From assembly GCA_044892525.1 (NCBI GenBank), contig CM097885.1, forward strand, positions 35,962,001-36,026,000: 64,000 nucleotides of DNA, given 5' to 3'. This document shows, piece by piece, positions 20,176 to 33,188 of this stretch (its first letter is position 1; every line of letters begins with the position of its first letter). The notes below the pieces were generated by a model. The model searched no databases, was not told where the DNA came from, and saw nothing but the letters and a program-made list of their open reading frames with translations. Made by a program: the position numbers and the translations under genes. This stretch comes from Schmidtea polychroa (lineage: Eukaryota).

Positions 20176-20836
20176 TACACATATTTTCATGGTTATTGTT
20201 GGAACCAGTAATCTATGGAGAATGATCTATATCTGAATGGGTCACGTCATATTATCTAAGTTCCGGTTTATTCAAAAATTTATTATTAAAAATGTCTTTA
20301 TGAAAATACTTTACTTATTAAATTGACATAAAAATTTGAATGAAATTAAGGGATGCAACGAAATTTGATAAAGAAATGAAGAAAATAAAACATTATATTC
20401 ATTTTTTAGAGTCTTAAGTCAATGAGACAACTAGAAATATGTTTACATTTAATTATTTTAAAATTATTTATATATAATACGCGGTATATTTAATATAAAA
20501 ATGTAATAAAAACTTTTAAATTATTTATAATATTTATAAATTTGATGTTTTCACTACTAGATCTAGCATAACTTATCAGAGTTTATAGGGGGAAAAAAAG
20601 AATAGGAAGTAAAAATAAATAATAATGAATTTTGTTTTGAGTAGGATATTTTAGGAAATTTTCTTAATATAGTAGGACGCATGACATTTTTGCTCTTATG
20701 TAGGACAGTTCCCTCAAACTATACCCTAACTATACCCCATTTTAAGAACGGTATTTATCTAAAGTTTTTATAAAAAGTATTCATATAAATTTTAATATAT
20801 ATAATATCAAAAGGTGAAGCGTAAATGAAATTTTAT

Positions 20837-20945
<109 letters not shown>

Positions 20946-21393
20946 TATTTATTGTACAGTAACTTCCCGATATAATAATAAGATTTTTACCAAAAAGTAC
21001 TTTTATTATAAACATCTTTTATAAAACCTGATTTCGTTAAAACGGAACGTACAGCAGTATAGCTAAATTAAGCCATATTAAGAAGGAAGATATATTTTCA
21101 AATAAAGTATCCACATATGTGGAGAATAATATAAAAAGTAATTTTATGGAGATTATAAAAACAACTCTATAATTTTCTCTCAAACTGAAATAAAGTTTAC
21201 TATTTGTGTTTTTTTAAGACAATTAACTCAAAGCTATAATAAACATTTAAAAGATTAACCTTCCTGAAAAAAATATTTCTATTGAATAATAAACCGTAAA
21301 ATGTTAAGGATAAGAAAAGAAATATTATATTGTAAATTTTAAATTTTTTATGATATTTAATGTATTTTTATAATATTTATTTGTTTCAAACAG

Positions 21394-21579
21394 ACCGGTA
21401 ATGAGAAAACTAGACAATTACACAATGAGTTAAAATCGGATCATTCTATTTTTCTGAGTTTGAGCATTTTAGAAAAAAAGAATTTGTTATTTCTACGATT
21501 TGTCTGTGGAGATTTTGCAACAGAAAAAGACGTATTAGCAACATTTGAAAAGATAAATCAAGCAGCAATGAATCTGTGA
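21394..21579 (+). CDS. Host aromatic amino acid decarboxylase, last coding exon
   Basis: aacag|TGNEKTRQLHNELKSDHSIFLSLSILEKKNLLFLRFVCGDFATEKDVLATFEKINQAAMNL-stop, in frame with the previous exon; AATAAA near 21655. Confidence 0.75.
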   Translation, partial: TGNEKTRQLHNELKSDHSIFLSLSILEKKNLLFLRFVCGDFATEKDVLATFEKINQAAMNL

Positions 21580-22439
21580 AATTCTGATTTTTCAAAATAT
21601 GCACAATGATTTTTTGAATATTTAGTTGAAAATATTTGTTGCTTGAGTGATCTGAATAAATATTGTAATAATTATTATAATAGTTATTTTACAATTAGTT
21701 AAATAATTCCAATGAAAAATTTTATTCAACATTCACAGTAACAGAAATGGTTTGAAATATAAATTACGATATTCAACAATTTTCAAAAATAAATAATAGT
21801 TCAATTTTCATAAATATGAGATTTTTAAAGTATTTATTTTTTGTCTTAAATTAGTTTTTAAGTTACTATTTTATCAAATTTTTTCTTTAAAATGAGTATT
21901 TTATAGCTTTTTTGCATGTTTTATTTATTATAGAAATTGCACTCACTGTGTTTGTATGTTTCAATAATGTTTCTAGCCTTTCATGCATCCTATAATAAAT
22001 TGGTAGGTGTAACTGCTAATGAATTTTTAGCACACGAGTTTGTATGTATCTTATAATATAATTTAGTGATTATTTTTTATATTATAGACTTTTTTTATCA
22101 AATGCAACACGGTGTATTTATAATTAATTTAAACAAATAGAAATTGAAAACCTTTTAAAATTAATATTTAATTTTAAATTAACACTAGATCAACGAAATT
22201 CGTCAATTTTCAAAATGAAATAAATTATGAATTATGTTAAACTATTTTTTATATTAAATCGTTTTTGTCATAATCATTTTTTTAAGAAGTAATTTTGCAA
22301 CAACAACCGGATTTTAATGTATTCATCAATATGACGTGTTTCAGTAAAAAAATAAAACTATGCAATTTTGTTCGTAAAGCTAATGTTATTTTGTTTTATT
22401 TAATTGTTCTGAATCAATTACACAATGTTTTAATCATTT

Positions 22440-23800
22440 AACAAGTATGGGAAAATATTTAATAAAATGGATGATAAACAAAGAAACAAATGCAAGTATA
22501 AAGATGAAAATTTTAAGTTTGGATTTATCAAAATTTTCATACAGCTGGAGATTTTCATATACTGTTCTGTCAAGTCAGCAAAAAAAACTCGCAAATGATA
22601 CTTTCGTTTCTAATAAGTTAAAGAGACATCTGGACACTTCAAGACCCAGCCTTATAAAAGTGAAAAGAATAACGAAAAGCAAGAACCCTTTCCAACTATA
22701 TGATGATCCATGAAATTAGATTAATTGTCAACTACTAGGTTGCACAATTGATAGCGCAACATAAAAAACCTCATAAGGAAGCCTAGTTGACCATTACACC
22801 AGCACTAGCATTACTGTTGAAACAATGCTTTGAAAAGAAGCAGCAAAAAGTACTAGCATTGAATCAAAGATTTTTCCTTTGACTTGAAAGAACAAATTTA
22901 CAAGCATTTCGAAGCACAAGAAATGAGCTCTGGTCACTCCAAGTTGACGAATCTACGAATATCAGAGGGAAAGTGCAGCTACTTGCCTTCATTCGATTTT
23001 TGAAAGATGAATTTAGTCTCTTTTTTCCAAAGATTTGAAAATCACGACAAGATCCTAAGACATATATGAGCTAGTGAAAGAAAATGTTTCGTATAAGTGT
23101 ATACACGGAGGAGTGTCCGTCAATTCTTTTGTGCGCCAATATCATTCAAGCCTAATAAGTTTCTAAGTTCATGATTCACATAGATTCTCACGCTTCAAAA
23201 TCTTTACCTTCTGATTAGTTGAAGATTATGTACCAATTTATCCAAGTGGTTAATTTTATACAGACTTAACCTAATCTATCCCGTATTTTCTCTCAGGTAT
23301 ATGATGCAATGGATTTTGACTAAAAACTAATTTATATTACATGCATCGGCGTTAACATCCTTTGGAGTTTCTCTTCACAATGAGCTTTGGTGGCTTTAAG
23401 TTCAGCTTATTTTGAAGTTATTCGAAAAGCTGAATTCTCTGAATTTAAGTCTTTAAGGTTCATTTTATAATATTGTCATATCAACATCAAAATTCAATCA
23501 TTCGTGGGTAAACTAAAACTGTAGAAATCGAAAATTTCGAAGAAAGGTTTAACTGCTTTCTAGGTTTCAATGAATTGCAAGTTAAGGAAAACATTTCTCG
23601 TGAAATTATTTGCAATATTGACGGACTTCAGACCTTCAAAATTATTTTTCTCCGCTGGACAATGATGAATCTTAATGGTTGATTAACTCATTTGTATTTT
23701 GGTACTCACTAAATTTGACAACTAAAAAAGATGTAGAAGATGAACAGCTTATTGACTTGAAGAACAACGAGAGGCACGTGATCCGCCGAAAGAAGATGCG
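22440..23800 (+). pseudogene. Old hAT (ZBED5/8-like) transposase remnant
   Basis: KLAND....NKLKRHL and QVDESTNI.GKVQLLAFIRF fragments with many stops. Confidence 0.65.
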
Positions 23801-24124
23801 GCAACCGACAATTCTTGAGAGCTTTGGTAGGATAAGTAACTTGAGAAGATAAATCTATTTTTACAAACCCTTGTTACTATGCCACTTTTGCTCGATCCTG
23901 ATAGATGAGATAGTAACGAGATTTGAATGTATACGAATTTTCGGCATAACTTTTTCAAGTGATTTTGATATTACCTATATTATAAGAACTGTTTTCAATT
24001 TTCACCATTGATTTCTTTTCAATTGACATTTTGCAAAATCACTTGAAAACGGCAGTGCCGAAAATTGGTGAATATAAAAAAACATCGATATCGTTATTGA
24101 TTCATAGTCAAGTTTTTTAATAAA

Positions 24125-24163
<39 letters not shown>

Positions 24164-25369
24164 TTTTTAAGTGTCTCTCCCATTTAAATCAAGAATTAGA
24201 ATTATTACAAAGCCGATTTTCCTATTTTGTTAAAATGCACGCAATTGTAAATATCTATCTCAAAATAAAACTTCCTGAATTGAGAAAAGTAATGTTTGAC
24301 TAAGAATTCCGATTTGTATAAACTTGTCATATTGGGGACGAATATCTTGAAAATTGTCTCACTTATACCGAGACATATAGAGAAAAGTATACAGATGTTA
24401 AATGTGCTGTGGGTTGTTGTTGATCGTTGGACAGATGAGAACGAATTTCTTTTAAAATATTGTTTAAATATTGTGCATTTATTTATTTATCGACATTTCT
24501 AACTAAATAAATTAAATTGATAGATGTCGTGAAAAGTTTTTGAACTTAAGAACTTAATTAATGGAACATTTCTTTAATCTGTCTCGTCTAATGTGGATTG
24601 CAGAAGCAGAAACCGATGCCTAATTAGTGGGAGGGGGTTAGTGAGTTTGGACCTTTTGTGAGTAATACATATCCAAATTTTTCTTTACATTTATTTACGA
24701 GTGACTCGAGTCAATCTAGAAAACTGTCACAATGTTTTACGTTTGAAGATTCACTGAGTTTGGTCATTTATGGTTGAAAAGATTTCGTCAATTTCAGTTC
24801 TTTTCCACTAATGTTTGTATTTTTTTTTAATTACATGCAAATTTTAATATTTTAGAAAATTATATCTATTTTTTTATTTATTACTATTATTATTATTAAT
24901 TTTAATTATATTTAATTTGTTTTAATAATATGATATAAAACATTATTTCAAAATTTAAATATTTCAGTAATTTTGTTTAATTGCACTAAAACTGTTCACA
25001 TTTAAATCAATACAAAAAATTGATTTTTATTAGTAATTATTTTATTTTGAAGACAATTATTGAACATGAAAAGTTTTATCAATTTCTTTTTTTTGATTCT
25101 TTTTATTATATAAACTATTAAATTAAATTGAATCGCTTTAATGAGACATGGAACATGGGTGAATAAATATAAATATTCTAGAATTTAAAATTATATAATT
25201 AAAACAATAAAATGTACTCATAAGAATAAGTACTTTTGTTTAAATTCGCCATATTACAATCCGTTGATATGTTATTTTTTGGTATTAAATCTGGAATTAT
25301 CTAGACATTCAAAACTCGTTTTAATTTAAATTCAAAATTTTACAAAACTTCTGTGTAAGTGAATGTTTA

Positions 25370-26408
25370 AGTAGATGGATTGGGCACCGCTGGCACAGGG
25401 CACCGCTAGCACAGTACCCCCCCCCCCGTCGGTAAGATTTTCAAAAATATTCTAAGTCTAAAAGTACATTTTTTTTTCAAGGTCAAATTTAAACAAAGAC
25501 ATATGACTCATCAAGGTCATTGAAACAAAGACCATGAGTCATCCTATGACTCATAAAATTTTTCAAGGTCATTTAAACAAAGACCATGACTCATCCGATG
25601 ACCCATCAAGGTCATTTTCAAGGTCATATGACTCATAATATGACTCATCAAGGTCAAAAAAAATTTCTCAAGGTCATTTAAACAAAGACCATGACTCATC
25701 AAGGTCATTTTCAAGGTCGTATGACTCATAGTATGACTCATTTGACCTTGAAAATTTTTTTTCAAGGTCATATGACTCATCCTATGACTCACCAAGGCCA
25801 TTGAAACAAAGACCATGACTCATAGTATGACTCATTTGACCTTGAAAAATTTTTTTCAAGGTCATATGACTCATCCTATGACTCATCAAGGTCATTGAAA
25901 CAAAGACCATGACTCATAGTATGACTCATTTGACCTTGAAAAATTTTTTTCAAAGTCATATGACTCATCCTATGACTCATCAAGGTCATTTTCAAGGTCA
26001 TATGACTCATAGTATGACTCATTCGACCTTGAAAAATTTTTCCCAAGGTCATATGACTCATCCTATGACTCATCAAGGTCATTCTCAAGGTCATATGACT
26101 CATCCGATGACTCATCAAAATTTTCAAGGTCATTTTCAAGGTCATCTGAGTCATCCTATGACTCATCAAGGTCATTTTCAAGGTCACGTGACTCATCCAA
26201 GGTCATTCCCAAGGTCATATGAGTCATCGCGATGACTCATCAAGGTCATATTATTATTTTTAAAAATATTATTATTTTTATTATTATTATTTTTAAAAAT
26301 ATTATTATTTTTAATTTTTTCAAAGTTCCCGCCAACGAAAATTAATAATCGATAGCTCATTTTAAAGCTCAATCCAAGACCTTTCGAATGAGCTATATAT
26401 CTTGTTAC

Positions 26409-26505
<97 letters not shown>

Positions 26506-26667
26506 CTATATACTCCGAGTCTATATACTCCTAGTCTATCCGACAAAATATTTTGTCCCCCTATGGGTAATGCTCACAAGGGTACTGGTCACGCTCAACA
26601 AATCAACAAAACATACATTTATTTAAACAATAAAATAATGTAAAATTAACAAAGGTAAACTAAATAT
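25370..26667 (+). repeat. Left TIR (~1.3 kb) with an internal TGACTCAT/TCAAGGTCA array and (ATT)n
   Basis: Reverse complement of 43926-45106 apart from repeat-unit copy number and a few substitutions. Confidence 0.95.
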
Positions 26668-27294
26668 ATATAGTATGATATTCATTAATCAGTGTTGAAC
26701 AGGCTTGACACTTGCGAACATTCTTCTCATGACACTTAGAACAAACAATTACGTGACCACACGGTAAATACAAAACCGAAACTCGATTTTCTTTACAAAT
26801 TGAACAAGTTAAATATCTTTTCTTAACATCTTTCAATTTTTTCGTTAGCTTATTTTCAATCAAATCGGCTTTCGCTATCCATTCATAAATCAATCTACTA
26901 TATCCCTGTTTCAACCTTAAAAACATACAACTCCAAAAGTATTCATTCAGTGAATCGTTGTTTACTGCTATTTTTTCTAAGTACATTAAATAACAAGATA
27001 ACTTTAAAATGGATTTCTCATAATTAAATAAATCAAACAAATATTCAATAGAGGAATGTTTGAAAATTTTTAAAATATTTATGAGTTGCTTATCACTGTA
27101 AGTATCATGATTATTTATAAAATCTTCAAGTGTATTGTTAAAAAATGTCAATGAAATTTCAGAATAGGCTGGACTTAATTTTTCCTTATTTCTAGTAGGA
27201 CTTCCTTGCTATAAATGACATATAAAAAAAATTGGCAAAATAATAAAGTTACCAAATGTGTTACACATTCATCGGTTTTATTTGTATAAATCAT
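26660..27294 (-). CDS. IAP/MDM2-type C3HC4 RING finger protein, putative E3 ligase; exons 27294-27253 and 27208-26660; ~196 aa
   Basis: CSICKENRVSVLYLPCGHVIVCSKC...KCQAC; a 44-nt GT-AG intron joins an upstream ATG exon in frame; CCAAT and TATA lie upstream. Confidence 0.85.
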
Positions 27295-27461
27295 TATTAA
27301 TAACTAAATTACTTTTGTTTTTACATTTATAAAAATTGTGATAACCAATCAAAATAGAGCTTTCAAAATGTAACCATCAAATGTATAACAATAATAAGCA
27401 TGACTAGTACCCTTTGCAACCTGTTTAAAGTTTTATTATTATTATTATTATTATTATTAAT

Positions 27462-27581
<120 letters not shown>

Positions 27582-27607
27582 ATTATTATTATTAATATTA
27601 TTTCATT

Positions 27608-27830
27608 GATATAGCTGCAGACTATATATAAAAATATAGCTGCATGCCCACTGCAGACTATATATAAAAATATAGCTGCATGCCCACTGCAGACTATATA
27701 TAAAAAATATAGCTGCATGCCCACTGCAGACTATATATAAAAAAAATATAGCTACATGCCCACTGCAGACTATATATAAAAAACATATAGCTGCATGCTC
27801 ACTGCAGACTATATATAAAAAACATATAAA
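27608..27830. repeat. ~33-bp tandem repeat (atagctgcatgcccactgcagactatatataaaaa)
   Basis: About 6 units, one of them partial; the core is shared with the 32.4-33.1 kb array. Confidence 0.9.
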
Positions 27831-28053
27831 AGTCACCATTAAATACTTATAAAATAAACTTAAAAATTATAATAAAACAAACTTAAAAATTCGAAAAATA
27901 TCTGATTACAAAATTTTATTGAATATATACAAATTTTAAATCAATATATTAATACAAGTTTTTATACATTTTTTTTTATAAATCAAAATAAAAAGTTTTT
28001 TTCAATATATACAAGTTTTTTGATCAAAAGTTTCTGTACAATTCTGAGTTGCC

Positions 28054-31000
28054 CTATTGATCTTCGTCCCATTCGCTGTCGTCAAAACTGGGACTTGGAG
28101 CTGCACTGAATTCCTCATCATATTCGCTTAATTCGTCAACTCCTAAATAATGCCCAAATGCGTAACTTAAGTTTTTTCCTAGCCACGCGCGCTTATCATC
28201 ATTATTACTTAGGGCAATTTTCGAATTTTTAAAAGTAAAAAGTTGGTGATTTCTAGTACCTATTCTAGTCTGCGGTACAGAAATCACCTGATTTGAATGA
28301 AAGCAATTTAGATATGATTCGTGATTTATTGATGTCCCTGGTAATTTAACCCCTTTCGCTTTTACCGTTTCCTTACTACCTAAAAGACTATAACATTTAG
28401 GGCGTAAGAAAACCCATTCAGAATACCCTAATCCCTTGCTCTCATCTTTAAACTTCCCGATGACCGAGTCAAGGTTCCTACTATACAAGGGGTGGGTTGG
28501 ATCGTAATTTGACGTATCCAATAAATTATCAGAGATCATCTGAGGTAATAAAGTTGTTAATTTTAAATTTTTTATTTCCAAAAAGAAACTGTCGGTATCA
28601 CCGGCAATAATATTTATGATACATTTATATTGGCGTCTGTACTTCTCCAAATCAATATATTGGAGCTGGTACATCCGCAGTTTAGACAGATCTAGTACTG
28701 TTTGACCAATGTAGCTAGGTCTGTCTAAACAAATCACATCTTTTTCCAAATGTGCCGCAATCAGATCTTGATCGATTCTTATGGACTTTCTGAAAGTCGG
28801 CTTTGAGGAGTATACTATCATCTTTTCGGATGAATTACACAACCTCAAATTCATTCTTTTTTTCAAATTTTCAACCGATTTACCGTAAAGAGAGTTATTA
28901 TACAATTTAAACAAGTCCCTATATATCTCGCTAGTAGACTGAGATCGTAAAGTGGTGTTGGTGTCTATGTAGGATTTAAAGATAGGTCCTTGTTTAAACT
29001 TTATACACCTATGAATATTTACAACAACCGCACCTAATTCTATATACAATTTGAGAAGCCTCCAATGAAGAACATAGTTCCTCTTTGGCCAATGCGTAAG
29101 CATAAGCTTCTCAACTTTTGAATTAGGCGGGCACAACTTTTCCGGCGCAAGCGGAAAATCATTCAAAAAGTCATGCACACATTCCGGAATATCGATATCG
29201 ACCTCCATAGTATACCCATATGGAAGGTTATCAATATCCGTGTTCATACATTCAAGTAAAACATCATTCAAGTTATTATTCACCCAAGAAAAATCACCAT
29301 ACGGAAGATTTTGGCTAAGAGCCCAACCATACAGATTATTTATATCAATGTACAATAATTCTGTATCATCTGAAGTAGCCGTGTAATGTTTGTTAACAAA
29401 TGTTAACCCACCCCGGATACCTCCCTCATAGAAATTATACATTTCCATGTCCTGCAGAAGTTCTATTGGTTCCGTTAATGTCATAAGCGCTGAGGCCCAT
29501 GACATACCGGGAATCCCGTAGAAATTAAGAGGATCCAGACCATTGTAAGCAATTGCCTTACCGCGGAATTGCTGAAAATAATCTGCGAGGAGGTATACGT
29601 CCAATTTTAGGTAGATTAACATATAATCTAACAAATTATTACAGTTATGCTGACTCCAAATTAGTTGAGCCTCAGCGTACTGATCTTCCGTAACATCAGA
29701 CCAAATAGGAGGTAATTCTAAAGTCGATTCAAGAACATCTAAAGAAGTAGCGAAATTATATGGAAAGATACCTTTAGAGTGAATCATCGACCCTTGAAAG
29801 ACAGACGAAGTCAAAGGAAAAGTAGTTAAGGTTTTCACAGCTTTTGCTAAAGAACAATTAACAAATTGCATGCTGTCAATAAAACGAACAGGCAATTTGT
29901 TAATATATGCAATTAAAGATATAAATTTTTCTGTAGAGGTAGGTATAATATTAAGTTCCCAAAGGGGAAAATCACTGAGACCATGTTTTAAAATATGGTG
30001 GAGGTCATAGCCTCGTAAATTATGAAAGACAACAGGTAACAATTTATTAATCCTGCGAGAGACATTGCATTTCCTACATGCCGCTCCGACATATCTACCT
30101 GTAAAATGGCAATGATCTCTCACAGGATTAATAATAGATTTTTTACACAAATAACAAATAGTGGAAGATCGAAAGGCACGCTCCTGAGCAAAAGACAAAG
30201 TAGACATACCTTTACGACCTTCAAGATCATAATATGGCAGGACAATTGTGACAGCAATTTCCTCCACTTTCCTCAAAAAATCCAAAATACAATTAGGTCC
30301 AAAAAAATAATAATAAAATTTAGTGTGTGTATAATTATTAATTAATAAAAGACCTGCTGATATGGGTAAATGTATTTGATGATATGTTTCATGTTCTGGT
30401 AAAACCGATTCAAAATCGGCATAAATTACGAAGGGAGGTGTAACTGTTTTTGCGTAATCTGTGAATAATAAATCTTTATTTTTAGGAAGTGTATACAAAG
30501 TTGTGCCAGTCTGATTTTTACAGCATAGAGCAACATGCTGATCGAAAGCATTCTTATATCTAAAGCCATTTAAACAATGTGGGCACCAGTTACACCTTAT
30601 TTGAACATTTACATTTTCATTTTCATGACAATTCATTAATTTGTCCAAGTCTGTCACGGCTGTATAATGATATTTATCTTTATTACTCAAAAGTAATAAA
30701 TAAATTGGTCTACCGTCTATAACCTTGGAGCGATGTACTATATTAAGATGAGGGTGGTGAGCTACATAATCCTCAGAAATATCTAAATCAGAACTGGCTG
30801 GATTATAAGACAGAACGTTTATGCTCAAGTTTAAATCTCTATTTTTTCTTTCAAATTTGGGAATGTTGCATAGCCTCATCGGGCAATCAGTGTCTTCGTC
30901 ATAATTTAATAGAGGTAAAAATTCTATATATTTGGCGGCTCTTTGGTGATTACGACCTATTTCTTCTCTTTTTAAAAGTGCAAGAATGCTATACAAGAAG

Positions 31001-32357
31001 CACTTATGGTCGTTGTTTTTAACGTTAATTATTGCATGTTTTAATTTTAAAGCCGATGGGGTTTTTATATAGCTATGTCCGGATAATCTACTAACGGGTG
31101 CGTATTTCGTTAAAATAAAATCTATTTCTAAAATATTCACTACTCGCCACCCGCTTCCTAAATAGGTGAATTGCTCAATCTTTTCATTTAATTTGCTCAC
31201 CCCCTCGTTTATAAAGTTTGATGTAAAAACTTGAGCATTGTTTGAAAAATAATTATCCCGGATCTCCCCATCTTTTTCAAATTTAATTAAAATTGTGAAT
31301 TGTATTTTTACATTGCCCATCTTTTCTATTTCCTCTATTAATCTATCTTCAATTTTTGATGTTAGGGCTATTTTAACCAGGTTTTCATTTCTTATATTAA
31401 ATTTTAATGTTTTACGTGATCCATTCAAATCGGATTCAACAACTGGTTCAAACAAAGAGCCGCCTATTTGAAATATGTTGAAAGACGTTGAAGCTACACA
31501 TTCATCATTGATGACTATCACTTCTTGTTGTGTAATGGGTGATTGTTGTGTAATGGGTGCTTGTTGTGTAAACGATGTTGAAGCTACACATTCATCTTTG
31601 CTGATGACTATCACTTCAGGTCGCGATAATTTATTAGGAATGCAATTTTTAATTAAACCAGCAGGTCTTTTAATAGAATCTTTTTTAATATTTATAATAT
31701 CTTTTTTAATAATATTTATAGTATCTTTTTTAATAGCATCTTTTTTAATAGAATCTGTTTTTTCTTTTATAATATTTTTTTTAATATTTTTTAAATCTTT
31801 TTTAATATCTATTTTTATATCTTTTTTAATAGTATTTTTTGGTAAATTTTTTTGTAATTTTTTATTTATTTTTTTAAATAAAACATTTTTTGATATCGAA
31901 AATTGCCCTAAGTGACAATGATGTTTATTAAAAAATTCCCTATATTTTACTTTTTCGCTCGTTACACATTTGGGGCATATAAAAAAGTTGAGCGAATTAA
32001 ACGTCTTTTTGTAGTATTTTCTCATTGTGCGATGACATTTATCGCTATGTCCATTTGCAGCTTGGCAATAATTTGGGTATAGTTTACCTGTTAAATAATA
32101 AAATTAAAGTTTTATTTTTTTTTCTAATTGTTATTAATTGTTACATCTATAAGGATTTATCATCATTTGTTATTTAATTCAAATGAACTATATAACAAAT
32201 GATGATAAATCCTTATAGAAAATAGGTTAATATATTCGAGAGAATATTAGAGAGATTTTAGTAGATAGGTCAGATTATTATATGAATATGTTAAATATTA
32301 GAGAGATTTTAGTAGATAGGTCAGATTATTATATGAATATTAGACGAGTCAGATTAA

Positions 32358-32410
<53 letters not shown>

Positions 32411-33118
32411 TGAAGAGAAGTAGCTGCATGCCCACTGCAGACTACTATGTAGCTACATGCTTACTGTAGACTACATTATTATTATTAATATTATTATTAT
32501 TATTATATTGAAGAGAAGTAGCTGCATGCCCACTGCAGACTACTATGTAGCTACATGCTTACTGTAGACTACATTATTATTATTAATATTATTAATATTA
32601 TTATTATTATTATATTGAAGAGAAGTAGCTGCATGCCCACTGCAGACTACTATGTAGCTACATGCTTACTGTAGACTACATTATTATTATTAATATTATT
32701 ATTATTATTATATTGAAGAGAAGTAGCTGCATGCCCACTGCAGACTACTATGTAGCTACATGCTTACTGTAGACTACATTATTATTATTAATATTATTAA
32801 TATTATTATTATTATATTGAAGAGAAGTAGCTGCATGCCCACTGCAGACTACTATGTAGCTACATGCTTACTGTAGACTACATTATTATTATTAATATTA
32901 TTAATATTATTATTATTATTATATTGAAGAGAAGTAGCTGCATGCCCACTGCAGACTACTATGTAGCTACATGCTTACTGTAGACTACATTATTATTATT
33001 AATATTATTAATATTATTATTATTATTATATTGAAGAGAAGTAGCTGCATGCCCACTGCAGACTACTATGTAGCTACATGCTTACTGTAGACTACATTAT
33101 TATTATTAATATTATTAA

Positions 33119-33188
<70 letters not shown>

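Noticed and set aside
25544..26235. MSH/MTL/MTH repeat ORFs in both TIRs
   Set aside because: By-products of the TGACTCAT/CAAGGTCA minisatellite; they differ between the two TIRs.
32420..32465. p53 response elements (CATGCCC, CATGCTT) in the repeat core
   Set aside because: Only partial half-sites with mismatched purine flanks and wrong spacing.
32405..33110. CRISPR-like array (constant repeat with variable spacers)
   Set aside because: The spacers are only ATT microsatellite length variants, the context is eukaryotic and there are no cas genes.
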